From contig OZ251518.1 of assembly GCA_965242965.1 (NCBI GenBank), positions 896,001-960,000 of the forward strand: DNA of 64,000 bases. Reading direction: 5' to 3'. The translations under genes and the position numbers were made by a program. Below are positions 30,681 through 40,766 of this stretch, piece by piece; the stretch's first letter is position 1; the number at the start of each line of letters is the position of its first letter. Source of the DNA: Candidatus Poribacteria bacterium (lineage in GTDB: Bacteria > Poribacteria > WGA-4E > WGA-3G). The notes beneath the pieces are model-generated. The model did not search any database, had not been told where the DNA came from, and was given only the letters and a program-made list of their open reading frames with translations.

Positions 30681-31779
30681 CTTTTGTTAGTGCGATGATC
30701 CGCTCCGCGCCTGCAGCGAAGAGTTCGCGAAACTTCAGCATCGCCTCCTTGGTATTTTCGAGAGCGTTTCCAGTTCGTCCGATTTGCGCATCAGTCAAAT
30801 CGAAAACCGGGGCTTTATGCTCTTGTGAAAGCGCGATGAGACTGTTGAAGTCTGACATCTGAAGGAGCGGCCGTGCTATGACCAGATTCGGAAATAGAAG
30901 CGGTAATAAGAGAGGGATAGGTTCTTCGGCATCTGAGGCAATCTGGCTTGCCTCTTCATATCGTTCTACCGGAAGTAGCATGTCGTTTTCCCTTAACGCA
31001 GGGATGAGTTTTGTCTCAATTCCATCTCTGATTTTGTCAATCCACCTTTGAAAGGCGGCAGCAGGAATCCCCTCCCTGACGCGATAATTCTGGATTATCG
31101 TTCCGAGAAACTTGGGCGACTTATCAGGGAACGGATAAATCGCATCTTGTAAGAGAGATGAGGCTTTCACGTGCTTTGCCCACCCTGACCACTTCGGCAG
31201 GAAAGAGGCGAGGCTCTCCGTTGCCATGGCAGAGAAGTAGTCCGGAAACATTGGCACGATGAAATAGTCGCATGTCATGAGCAGATTCTGGTTCATCGGT
31301 CCCACGCTTGGGCTCATGTCAACCAAGATAAAATCGGCATCATATTCTTCCGCGGTTTGCTGGAAAAGATAGTGAAGAGAGCCCGGCAAATTCTTGAGGG
31401 TGACGAGAGAGCCAGACAGTTCTTGGGCAATGCCCAAAGTGACTTCGTATTCGGCGAGCCTGATGTGCCCTGGCAGCAGATACATGTTCGGTTGAGATTT
31501 AACCTGCGCGCAGACTACCGGTTTAATGACCACTGGCCGCGATTCAAAAGCGGGGGAAAGTCCATCGCGGATATCCCGAACCTCTTCGGACTCGTAAATC
31601 AATTCAAAATCTCTGGCACCCCTGAAACCGAGCACCATGCCGGTGAGGTTACACTGCGGATCGCAGTCAACGATGATAACCTTCTTTCCTTTGTTGGCGA
31701 GCATCCAGCCGAGGTTGAAGGTAGTCGTCGTCTTGCCGACTCCGCCTTTATGGTTGAAAAGCGCGATCTGTTTTGCCAT
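30673..31779 (-). CDS. ParA/AAA_31-family ATPase
   Basis: NHKGGVGKTT deviant Walker A, VDCDPQCNLT, ILVDMSPS; 8-bp overlap with the HEPN gene. Confidence 0.88.
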   Translation of the reverse strand: MAKQIALFNHKGGVGKTTTTFNLGWMLANKGKKVIIVDCDPQCNLTGMVLGFRGARDFELIYESEEVRDIRDGLSPAFESRPVVIKPVVCAQVKSQPNMYLLPGHIRLAEYEVTLGIAQELSGSLVTLKNLPGSLHYLFQQTAEEYDADFILVDMSPSVGPMNQNLLMTCDYFIVPMFPDYFSAMATESLASFLPKWSGWAKHVKASSLLQDAIYPFPDKSPKFLGTIIQNYRVREGIPAAAFQRWIDKIRDGIETKLIPALRENDMLLPVERYEEASQIASDAEEPIPLLLPLLFPNLVIARPLLQMSDFNSLIALSQEHKAPVFDLTDAQIGRTGNALENTKEAMLKFRELFAAGAERIIALTKDE

Positions 31780-31812
31780 TGCAATTCTCCGATTGAGAGT
31801 TGTTTTGTGTTA

Positions 31813-31841
31813 ATTTTATCATGAATTGTTGTTGATGTCAA
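31813..31841 (-). promoter_or_regulatory. sigma70-type promoter of the ParA-HEPN pair
   Basis: TTGACA, 17 nt, TAAAAT with TGn; GGAG RBS downstream. Confidence 0.65.
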
Positions 31842-31861
31842 GGGAAAATTGTGAATTAATA

Positions 31862-32560
31862 GAGGGCGTTTCATATCTTGATGGCTTCCCCGTAGGAGAG
31901 ACCTCCTGGTCTCGATGCAATACCGTAGGAGAGTCCTCCTTGTCTCAATATCGTCCGCGCAACCCAACGATCGCGGGGGACAGGCCCCGCGCTACGAAAA
32001 AAAACGGTACTTCACCGTAGGGCGAGGGCCTGTCCCTCGCCATCGTCCGCGCACTCCAACGCTCGCAGGGGAAACCCGCTCGGATGCGCGTGTGGCATCT
32101 GAGCCCCCGCGCTACGATAAAAAAACGGTACTTCATCGTAGTGCGAGGGCCTGTCCCTCGCCATTGCTCGCTCGCCAGGCCCTGTAACTCAGGATTGCCG
32201 GATCCTGACCCGTTTGTGATCAGGCGATCACAAACTACAGAGAGGAGAACGAAAAAACGTCTCTTGTTCTCTTCAGGTCCTAAAAGACCTAAAACGCCAC
32301 CGCTTGCTGATGGCCAACGCGGGGGACAGGCCCCCGCGCTACGGGAACATCGAGACCGGGAGGTCTCTCCTACCGGGAAGGCATCTATTCCGAGAGGGCT
32401 CTCCTACCGGGAATTGGCTCTCTATTATTAAGGTCCTAGCAGACCTTGATAGGGGTTGATACTTTTTCTATAGACATTAAGGTCCTACGGACCTAGAGGA
32501 GGCGTTTGGTTGCAAACAATCCCTAATTTTGTAATTCCTGCTAATCTTGTCCGTCCTGAT
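31862..32560. repeat. REP mosaic cluster
   Basis: Starts GAGGGCGTTTCATA; most hairpin families present; AATCCTG-type repeats at the right end. Confidence 0.88.
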
Positions 32561-33703
32561 TCAGACAGTCAGAAAACGAAATGTCTCACACCTTGTCAGC
32601 GCGACTTCTCCCACCGTCAGTCCTGCCTCAAGAAGCGCGCGCACCTCTTCAATATCAGAGGCGAGTTCGACAGTTGTGCCTTCTTTTGCAGGTTTAAGCA
32701 TTAGCACCTCCCGTCCATCAATACCAGCATCAGTCAGGAGCGCGTCGCTGTGGGTGCTGACGAAAACCTGCTGGCATCGGCCGTTTTTCTGCATCCGCGA
32801 GATCAGCGGCGCGAGTTGGGAGACGATACCGGCGTTTAAGGATAATTCCGGTTCCTCCAACAGAAGCACCGAGTTGCTTTCAAGGAGAGCCCACAGAAGT
32901 CCGAGCAGCCGGAGAGTGCCGTCGGAAAACTGGTCTTCCTGTTGCCAACCGCCTTTTGAACGCCAGTGTTCATAATTTGCCCGCAAGTGCGGCCGTCCCA
33001 CTTCGTCACGGAGGAATTCCAACTGTTGGAGTTGAGGCACAGCGATTTTGAGGGCATTTTCGATTTTCTTGAGGCGGGAGCGGCGCGTTCTTTCATGAGC
33101 CTTCGCGATGCGTTCTAGAAAGCCTTGTCCGAAAGGATCTGCCTCGACGACATTCCCTTGAATTGAATCTGCAAAGCGCAGCAACTGCGGCACGAGGTGC
33201 AGATAGGTAACGTTCCGAAAGAACTGCGCTATCTCCCGAAACTCGGCATTGACGTTAATCTGTTCCAGAAACGTTTGGGTGAGCCGCTCCGGGTCCTTTT
33301 CGTCTTCAGCATCTGGGCGGTTCAGAATCTGCTCCCTGTTTTTCCAGACGCGTTCGTACGTGAGCAAAGGTCGGCGGTATCCACGTGGTTCTTGGCGAAA
33401 CTCCAAAGCGTACCGCCATGTGGGAAATGCATCAGGGGTATCCGCGAGGTGGATTTCAATGCCCACTTCTGGATCTTGTCTCGCTGCCAAGCATCGGATT
33501 TTGGAAACACCCCTGCGGTCCTTCACTGCCTTTTGGAAGCTGCCGCCATCGATTTTGACGATATCGCGGAGGAAACGGACGATGTCCAGCAGATTGGATT
33601 TCCCTGAGGCGTTCGGGCCGACGATGAATTGGCGTTCCCGGAGGAGGACATCCGCCTGTTGGAAATTCCGCCAATTTTTCACAATGAGCCGTTTGACAAT
33701 CAT
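32561..33703 (-). CDS. AAA_21 / ABC-type (RecF/SMC-like) ATPase
   Basis: VKNWRNF, GPNASGKSN Walker A, FSDGTLR signature, LLEEPE Walker B, STHS H-loop. Confidence 0.88.
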   Translation of the reverse strand: MIVKRLIVKNWRNFQQADVLLRERQFIVGPNASGKSNLLDIVRFLRDIVKIDGGSFQKAVKDRRGVSKIRCLAARQDPEVGIEIHLADTPDAFPTWRYALEFRQEPRGYRRPLLTYERVWKNREQILNRPDAEDEKDPERLTQTFLEQINVNAEFREIAQFFRNVTYLHLVPQLLRFADSIQGNVVEADPFGQGFLERIAKAHERTRRSRLKKIENALKIAVPQLQQLEFLRDEVGRPHLRANYEHWRSKGGWQQEDQFSDGTLRLLGLLWALLESNSVLLLEEPELSLNAGIVSQLAPLISRMQKNGRCQQVFVSTHSDALLTDAGIDGREVLMLKPAKEGTTVELASDIEEVRALLEAGLTVGEVALTRCETFRFLTV

Positions 33704-33741
33704 TTTTTCTCTATCCTATCAAATCAAAAGTTAAGGTTAAT

Positions 33742-34223
33742 TGAGGGTGTTTCATATCTCGATGGCTTCCCCGTAGGAGAGACCTCCCGGTCTCGATGCA
33801 ATAGGGCGGCGCGCCTACCGGGGCCGCGGCAGCAGAAAGCCCCTTCACCGTAGTGCGGGGGCCTGTCCCTCGCCATTGCTCGCTCGCGGGGGACAGGCCC
33901 CCGCACTACGGTAAAAAAACGCCGCCTCTTCACGTAGGGCGAGGGCCTGTCCCTCGCCATCGTGCGTGCGCCAGGCCCTGTAAGTCAGGATCGCCTAATC
34001 CTGACCCGTTTGTGATCAGGCGATCACAACCTACAGAGGTGGAAAAACACCTCGTGACGATGGAGATCGCGGGGGACAGGCCCCCGCGCTACGATAAAAA
34101 ACGGTGCTTGAACCATCGCGGGGGAAACCCGCTCGGATGCGCGTGTGGCATCCGAGGGCCCCCGCGCCACGGGAACATCGAGACCAGGAGGTCTCTCCTA
34201 CGGGGAGTTATGAAACACCCTCA
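33742..34223. mobile_element. MITE-like REP cassette bounded by 15-bp inverted repeats
   Basis: TGAGGGTGTTTCATA (33742-33756) and TATGAAACACCCTCA (34209-34223); interior is REP hairpins; no clear target-site duplication. Confidence 0.6.
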
Positions 34224-34381
34224 GGTTGATTAACGATATTATACACGCTGTTTCTCTATTTGTCAACTTAACCAGAATCCCGTAAATCCTGATTCAGACA
34301 ATATTCAGACAAAATTTTTCTTGACATATTCCGAGAATTTCTATAAGATATGTCCACAGAGTCAAAAACGAGGAGAAAATA

Positions 34382-35164
34382 ATGGACAACCTAGAGATGC
34401 TCCAATATCTGTTCGACCTGCAGGGATACATCGTCATTGAAGATGTGCTGACACCTGCCGAGGTCGCGGCGTTGAATAGCCGCATTGACGCGCAAGAACT
34501 GCCGCCGCCCGGAAAAATCCGACGCTTCGGCGGTGCAGCAGGCGGCGCGCCCGAAGGCTCCGGATTTCTGGAGTGGGGACAACCCTTCTGCGAACTACTC
34601 GATCATCCCCGCATCCTGCCGATGCTCCGGTTTATGCTCGGCGATAGCATCCGGCTTGACAGGATTTACGGCATGTATATGGAGGCAGGCATGTCCGCCG
34701 GCGCACTGCACGGCTCAAACACGCCGTATTCACCCGGCGAATTCTATCACGTCCGAGATGGCAGGATTCATAACGGGTTCACGGTGGTGACGTGGAATTT
34801 GGCGGATACGGGACCGGACGCGGGCGGATTCTGTTGCATTCCGGGCAGCCATAAGAGCAACTTTAAACTGCCACAAGAAGTCTTTGAAGCACCGGAAAAG
34901 GCGAGCTGCGTTACGGTGCCAGTGGCGAAAGCCGGCTCGGCAATTCTCTTCTCGGAGGCATTGACGCACGGCACGGCGAGGTGGACAGCAAAGCATCAGC
35001 GGCGTTCGCTTTTGTATAAGTATTGCCAATCGCAGATTGCATGGGGTTCCGGGCGCGTCAGACCGCCGTCCAACGTTGAATTAACCCCGCGCCAGAAATT
35101 GCTCTTTTTGGAACCGGCGAATCCGGGGAATTTCTATCCGTCCCTTTTCGCCGCAGTTTCGTAG
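34382..35164 (+). CDS. Phytanoyl-CoA dioxygenase (PhyH) family protein
   Basis: FDLQGYIVIEDVL, LHG, GGFCCIPGSHK, FSEALTHG, RRSLLYKY; GAGGAG RBS; TTGACA at 34321. Confidence 0.88.
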   Translation: MDNLEMLQYLFDLQGYIVIEDVLTPAEVAALNSRIDAQELPPPGKIRRFGGAAGGAPEGSGFLEWGQPFCELLDHPRILPMLRFMLGDSIRLDRIYGMYMEAGMSAGALHGSNTPYSPGEFYHVRDGRIHNGFTVVTWNLADTGPDAGGFCCIPGSHKSNFKLPQEVFEAPEKASCVTVPVAKAGSAILFSEALTHGTARWTAKHQRRSLLYKYCQSQIAWGSGRVRPPSNVELTPRQKLLFLEPANPGNFYPSLFAAVS

Positions 35165-35187
35165 AATCAGTAACGTCCTAGTAAGGT

Positions 35188-35420
35188 GAGGGTGTTTCAT
35201 AAATCGCTCAACGTCGCGGTGCCAGGCACCGCGCTGCGGTGAAAAAACGTCTCCCCTTCCCGTAGGGCGAGGGACAGGCCCTCGCCATCGTTCGCGCGCC
35301 AGGCCCTGTAGGTCAGGATCGCCTGATCCTGACCTGTTTGTGATCAGGCGATCACAAACTACAGAGGGGAAACACACATCGGGCCGATAGAGATCGCGGG
35401 GGACAGGCCCCCGCGCTACG
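35188..35420. repeat. REP/REPIN cluster
   Basis: GAGGGTGTTTCATAA end plus GTAG hairpins. Confidence 0.88.
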
Positions 35421-35490
35421 GGAAGGGGACCCGGTTTGGGACATAACCCGATTAAATCTTATCCGCAACGAGTAACATAGGAGAATCGCG

Positions 35491-36369
35491 ATGCCGAAAC
35501 GAGTGAACAAGGCAATTGAACTGCTTGAAGCAGACCAGCCTGTCTTTTACACGGGCAGCCACACCGGCGCAAACTTGAATTACGATGCCGGCCGCGCCAT
35601 GGCGCAAACATGGGCAGATTATATCAACATCGGCATGGAGCACGGCAGCTTCGACCTGGGTGGGTTGGATAACTTCATGCGCGGGCTCGCCGATGGAGGC
35701 CCGACAAACAGCGGACACCAGACCCCGGCGGTTATCGTTGAATTGCCGGTAGACGGAATTAGTGCTGACGTAATCCGTGCCAACGGATGGCAGATACGGC
35801 AACTGCTCGCTCGCGGCGTGCATGGACTGCTCCTCTGCCACGCAGAATCACCGGAGGCGGTGAAGGCGTTCGTCGAAGCGTGCCGCTATCCATTCCAGAC
35901 TATCGGTGTCGGCACGCAGTTAGATGTCGGCAGACGCGGCTCCGCTGGACAAGGCTCCGCCGCGCCTATCTGGGGCATCTCCGTTGACGAATACTTGGAC
36001 AAGGCAGACCCGTGGCCGTTGAACCCCAACGGCGAACTGCTGCTGGGGTTGAAATTTGAGAACAAGCGCGCCTTGGCAAACGTGGAGATAACCGCGCAGG
36101 TGCCGGGCATCGCCTTCGCTGAATGGGGACCGGGGGATATGAGCATGTCGTTCGGGTATAAAAACCCGCCGAACCCTCGGCCGCAAGAACTGCAGGATGC
36201 GCGCGACCGCGTCTTTACGGCGTGCAAATCGGCTGGTATTAAGTTCCTTGAAAGCGCGTCAGCGGACACGATCGAGGCGCACATTGATGCAGGCGTGCGG
36301 ATTTGCGGCTCCGGCGAAGAATGTGCCCGCATCGGGCGCGCCTATGCAGGCAGAACTATGCCTGTTTAG
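35491..36369 (+). CDS. HpcH/HpaI aldolase/citrate lyase family protein
   Basis: MEHG, LLARGVHGLLLCHAES, KFEN..AL, EWGPGDMSMS. Confidence 0.8.
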   Translation: MPKRVNKAIELLEADQPVFYTGSHTGANLNYDAGRAMAQTWADYINIGMEHGSFDLGGLDNFMRGLADGGPTNSGHQTPAVIVELPVDGISADVIRANGWQIRQLLARGVHGLLLCHAESPEAVKAFVEACRYPFQTIGVGTQLDVGRRGSAGQGSAAPIWGISVDEYLDKADPWPLNPNGELLLGLKFENKRALANVEITAQVPGIAFAEWGPGDMSMSFGYKNPPNPRPQELQDARDRVFTACKSAGIKFLESASADTIEAHIDAGVRICGSGEECARIGRAYAGRTMPV

Positions 36370-36391
36370 CAGAAGGACTTCATAAACCCCG

Positions 36392-36418
36392 GTAGGCGCG
36401 CTCGCAAAGCGCGCCTAC
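36392..36418. repeat. Isolated hairpin GTAGGCGCGCT-CGCAA-AGCGCGCCTAC
   Basis: Perfect 11-bp stem; a related hairpin lies at 46072-46094. Confidence 0.7.
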
Positions 36419-36435
36419 AGCATGAGAGGTGAATT

Positions 36436-37170
36436 ATGGCATTAACCGAACAAGAAATGTTGGCAGAATTGCGTCAATTTGATACCCCGTCAATCACGAA
36501 TGTGGTTGCCACTTATCCAAACAGCCCCCTCTGCCTCGGACTTTACAATCCGTGGTCGGAAAATTGGTATACCGATACCTCGCTCCGTTGCATGTATCCG
36601 GACCTCGGCGCGATGGCGGGGTATGCGGTGACATGCGTCTACGGCTTGCCCGACCCGAATTTCTCGCGGCTCTCCTTTATGGATGTCATCGACGCGCTCG
36701 GTGCCTCGCCGCAGCCGACGATTCTGGCGTTTCAGCAGAAATTCCCACCAGAAATCGCCGATAAGGTGGGATTAGCCGGCGGCAACATGACCGCGGCGAT
36801 GAAGGCTGTGGGCTGCTTGGGCGCAATCTCCAACGGGCCCTCGCGCGATATTGACGAAATCCGTCCGATGGAGTTTCAGTATCTGTTGAGCGGTATCACG
36901 CCGGGCCACGGCGATATGGCAGTTCATGCTGTCAACGTCCCTGTCACAATCGCGGGGATGGATGTGGCCCCCGGCGAAATTATCCACATGGATGAGAACG
37001 GCGCGTGCAAGTTTCCGGGCGATAAACTGGAGGCGGTGCTGACGAATGTTAAGGCACTGCTGAAGGAAGAAGGAGACCGGATTGGGCAGTTGTTATCTGG
37101 GCCGAAAACGGCGAAGCAGGTGCGCGCTATTTTCAGCGGGCATTCTTACGCCGAGGATGATGAGGAATAG
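36436..37170 (+). CDS. RraA/HMG-aldolase family protein
   Basis: FDTPSITN, GYAVT, GGNM, GPSRDIDE, VAPGEIIHMDENG. Confidence 0.82.
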   Translation: MALTEQEMLAELRQFDTPSITNVVATYPNSPLCLGLYNPWSENWYTDTSLRCMYPDLGAMAGYAVTCVYGLPDPNFSRLSFMDVIDALGASPQPTILAFQQKFPPEIADKVGLAGGNMTAAMKAVGCLGAISNGPSRDIDEIRPMEFQYLLSGITPGHGDMAVHAVNVPVTIAGMDVAPGEIIHMDENGACKFPGDKLEAVLTNVKALLKEEGDRIGQLLSGPKTAKQVRAIFSGHSYAEDDEE

Positions 37171-37193
37171 TCTAAATCCCGGTCTGGTTTTTC

Positions 37194-37806
37194 GTAGTGC
37201 GAGGGCCCTCGCATGCCACCCGCGCATGCGAGCGGGTTCCCCTCGCCATCGCTCGCGCACCGGAAAAACCGTCTCTTGTTCTCTTCAGGTCTGTAGGACC
37301 TGAATGTCTATAGCTCGCGCGTCTGCGAAGAACCCTAAGGTCCTTTAGGTCCTTAATATGCTTTGCCAGGTCCGCGTGTTTTCCTATTAAGGTCCTAAAG
37401 GACCTTGCCGTGGGCTAGCACGTGTTTCTATAGACATTAAGGTCCTAAAGGACCTAAAAACGCCACCGGTTGACGATGGTGATCGCGAGGGACAGGCCCC
37501 CGCCCTACGAAAAAAAAACGCCACCCCTTACCGTAGCGCGAGGGCCTGTCCCTCGCCATCGTTTGCACTACAGAAAAAACGTCTCTGGTTCTCTTCAGGT
37601 CCTAAAGGACCTAAAAACATAACTTGACGATGGCGATCGCGGGGGACAGGCCCCCGCGCTACGATGAAAAAAACGCCACCCCTTACCGTAGCGCGAGGGC
37701 CTGTCCCTCGCAAATTTTACGCAGATTCATTTGAATTGATTCTCCAAACGTTCTTGACCCGTTTGAGACTAGTTTGACAACGCGGGGGACAGGCCCCCGC
37801 CCTACG
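37194..37806. repeat. REP mosaic cluster
   Basis: CTATAG-family inverted pair plus GTAG REPs; closely similar to 20258-20520. Confidence 0.88.
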
Positions 37807-37839
37807 AAAAAAACGGCTACAGATGAGCATTTATCCCAA

Positions 37840-39072
37840 TTAGTTTGCATTGCGCCGCGTTTGCCATAATCCCCACAGCAGTGCCGGTATCAGCGGCAAT
37901 CCCGACATGCCCCACAGGACGAAACGGATATCCGGAAACACATCAAGCATCACGCCGACGATCATTGTCCCGATGCCGCCCATTAACGTGAAAAGCGCGA
38001 ACTCCGTGCCAAAGACGCGGCCTCGGATTTCATTTGGTGCGTTTTGGAGGAGCAGCTGCGTTGAAAATACCCACACAATCCCGCCGCCGATGCTCCGAAC
38101 AAACCCACCGAGTAGCACCATCGGCAAACTCAAAAGTGGCGCGGCGATAGCGAGGCCAACGCCTCCAATCAGGTAGCCGAGGGTGATAGTGCTGCGGAGG
38201 GATTTGTCCCTGTCGCCTGTCCAACGGCGCGCGAAAACCGGGCCGAGCCCGCTGCCAACGCCGTTCACGGCATACATCCAGCCTAAACTAATTGCGCCGC
38301 CCACACCGATGACAAAGTGCTCTTTGGAGATTGCGACTTGGGCTACTTGGAATCCGGCGGATAGCATGAGCGCAATCGCCGCCTTGTGCATCGCGATGAA
38401 CAGCATGTCAGGATGCCGCAGCAGGTAAACGAGTGCTTTGGTTTTGGGACGCGCGCGAGCCTCGGCAGGGTTCGCGCGGTTGCCCGGAAGGCGAATGCCA
38501 AACAGGAAAAGCGTTGAGACGATAAAGGTGAACCCATCGATGATAAACGCAGTCTGGATGCCAAAAACCCCGGTTGTTAAACCGCCGATAGCGGCACCGA
38601 GGGCAAGCATCACAGACCAGGTTGAGGCCCCCAGTGCGTTTGCCGTGCCGAGTTCTTGGGGCGACGTTATGTCCGGTAGAATCGCGCTTCGGGCCGGACT
38701 GAAAAAACCGCTGATTGCGAAGAGCAGCGTTGTGAGAGTATAGAGGAGCCAGATGTCGCTTTCGTTGCGCACAAGTAGGAACGCAAAAACGACGAAGACC
38801 CGCGCGATATCCGTGATGATTAAGAGATGCTTCCGATTGAACCGGTCGGCGCATATTCCGGCAAGCGGTGCCACCGTAAACGGCGCAAGCATCCGAACCG
38901 TAAACAGAATGCCCACGGCAAGTCCGGATCCCGTTAACTCGGCAATCAGTGCCGCGGATGCAATGAGGTTAAACCAATCGCCTAAAAGGCTGACAACCTG
39001 CGCCGCCCAGAGCCAGCGAAAGTTTCTATTTTGGCGGATGAGCGCGCCATAGCCGACCGGATTTTGGTTCAT
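37840..39072 (-). CDS. MFS transporter
   Basis: RNFRWLWAAQVVSLLGDWF, GICADRFNRK motif A, about 12 TM helices. Confidence 0.9.
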   Translation of the reverse strand: MNQNPVGYGALIRQNRNFRWLWAAQVVSLLGDWFNLIASAALIAELTGSGLAVGILFTVRMLAPFTVAPLAGICADRFNRKHLLIITDIARVFVVFAFLLVRNESDIWLLYTLTTLLFAISGFFSPARSAILPDITSPQELGTANALGASTWSVMLALGAAIGGLTTGVFGIQTAFIIDGFTFIVSTLFLFGIRLPGNRANPAEARARPKTKALVYLLRHPDMLFIAMHKAAIALMLSAGFQVAQVAISKEHFVIGVGGAISLGWMYAVNGVGSGLGPVFARRWTGDRDKSLRSTITLGYLIGGVGLAIAAPLLSLPMVLLGGFVRSIGGGIVWVFSTQLLLQNAPNEIRGRVFGTEFALFTLMGGIGTMIVGVMLDVFPDIRFVLWGMSGLPLIPALLWGLWQTRRNAN

Positions 39073-39240
39073 TAGTGCAATGTTCCTTAACTTTTGTTCA
39101 CGTGGCATCGCGCAAGCCACAACCACCACAGCAGTGCCGGTATCACCAGCAATCCTGCCATTTCCTTTCTCTGAATCAGATTGCTGAGGATAGGATACCA
39201 CAGATTCTGTTTTCTGGCAAATTGTGCTTTCGGAAACAAT

Positions 39241-39270
39241 TTGACACCAAACCGCAATTGATGATATATT
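39241..39270 (+). promoter_or_regulatory. sigma70-type promoter, likely leaderless
   Basis: TTGACA, 18 nt, TATATT; ATG 6 nt downstream. Confidence 0.5.
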
Positions 39271-39276
39271 CGTCAC

Positions 39277-40014
39277 ATGATGACTTCACCAACGCCAAAA
39301 ATCGAGATTGCCCAAACAGATGCAATCGTCACCATCACACTCAACCGGCCGGAGGTGCTGAACGCCATTGACAGGGAGATGTTAGATGGGCTGGAGACAA
39401 TCGTCACGCGACTTCACAGCGATGCCTCCGTGCGCGTCGTGATACTCACCGGGAGCGGCGAACGTGCGTTCTGCGTCGGCGCGGATTTGAAACACATCGC
39501 CACTTTCAAGGCAGACGATATTCGGCAGTGGGTTATTGATGGAAACCGCATTTTCAGCAGAATTGCAAGTCTGCCGGTACCGGTGATTGCCGCGATTAAC
39601 GGCTACGCTATCGGCGGCGGCTTGGAATTGGCGATAACGGCTGACCTGCGGTTTGCATCCGACGATGCCAGTTTCAGTATGCCTGAAGTGACGCACGGTT
39701 GGGTCCCAGGGTGGGGCGGCATGCACCGGTTACGCCACCTTATCGGCGAAGCGAAGGCGAAAGAACTTATCTTCCTCGGCGAACGGATTGATGCAGAGAC
39801 TGCGTGTCAACTGCATCTTGTCAATAGGATTGTCAATAAAGCAGACCTGATGGCCGCGGCACTTTCGGTGGCGGAATCTCTCGCTAGCAAGAGCCGGGTT
39901 GCATTGCAAGCGGCGAAAGCGGCATTGACGCGTAATCCGCTCGCAGAGAATGGGTTTGAGGTGAATTATGAGGCGTTCGCATCGTCAGTTTGTTTCACCG
40001 ATTTAAAATCGTAG
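39277..40014 (+). CDS. Enoyl-CoA hydratase/isomerase family protein
   Basis: ITLNRPEVLNA, AFCVGADL, AAINGYAIGGGLEL, PEV..G..PGWGG. Confidence 0.92.
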   Translation: MMTSPTPKIEIAQTDAIVTITLNRPEVLNAIDREMLDGLETIVTRLHSDASVRVVILTGSGERAFCVGADLKHIATFKADDIRQWVIDGNRIFSRIASLPVPVIAAINGYAIGGGLELAITADLRFASDDASFSMPEVTHGWVPGWGGMHRLRHLIGEAKAKELIFLGERIDAETACQLHLVNRIVNKADLMAAALSVAESLASKSRVALQAAKAALTRNPLAENGFEVNYEAFASSVCFTDLKS

Positions 40015-40098
40015 AGATAAAACGCTAACCTCCGTAGTTCGGGCTCGCGCGCCCTCGAACAAGGCGAGACCAGGCGGTCTCGCACTACAGATTGAAAG

Positions 40099-40697
40099 GA
40101 GAGTGTTTCATATTTCAATGTGTTCGGTAGGGGAGTCCTCCTGGTCTTGATTTCCGGTAGGAGAGACCTCCTGGTCTTGATGTGCCCGTAGCGCGGGGGC
40201 CCTCGGATGCCATACGCGCATGCGAGCGGGTTTCCCCCGCGAACTCCATCGTCATGATGTGTGTTTACCCTCTGTAGTTTGTGATCGCCTGATCACAAAC
40301 AGGTCAAGATCGCTTGGCAAATGCCAGAGCTTCAGACGATCTTGACCTACAGAGCCTAGCGCGCGAACGCTGGCGAGGGACAGGCCCTCGCCCTACGGTG
40401 AAGGGAACCGTTTTTTACCGTAGCGCGGGGGCCTGTCCCCCGCGATCGCTGCATGGCGAGGGACAGGCCCTCGCCCTACGTGAAGGGGAAGCGTTTTTTG
40501 CATCGTAGCGCGGGGGCCCTCGGATGCCATACGCGCATCCGAGCGGGTTTCCCCCGCGATCGTTGGAGTGCGCGGACGCTGGCGAGGGACAGGCCCTCGC
40601 CCTACGATGAAATCAAGACCAGGAGGTCTCTCCTACGGGGACACCGCTTGCATCGAGACTGGAAGGGCTCTCCGAGATAGATTTATGAAACACGCTC
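40099..40697. mobile_element. MITE-like REP cassette with degenerate inverted ends
   Basis: GAGAGTGTTTCATA ... TATGAAACACGCTC; interior is REP hairpins. Confidence 0.55.
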
Positions 40698-40766
40698 AGT
40701 AAAATGGCACAAAAACCGAAAACGGCGAGACAGGGTGCTCTCGCACTATAGATTTGAAACGCAAAA

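Noticed and set aside
30673-31779. ParA as evidence of a plasmid or chromosome partition locus
   Set aside because: No parB, parS or rep gene; coupled to a HEPN gene; flanked by chromosomal housekeeping genes.
27830-33703. Prophage or integrative element
   Set aside because: No integrase, structural genes, att repeats or tRNA target seen.
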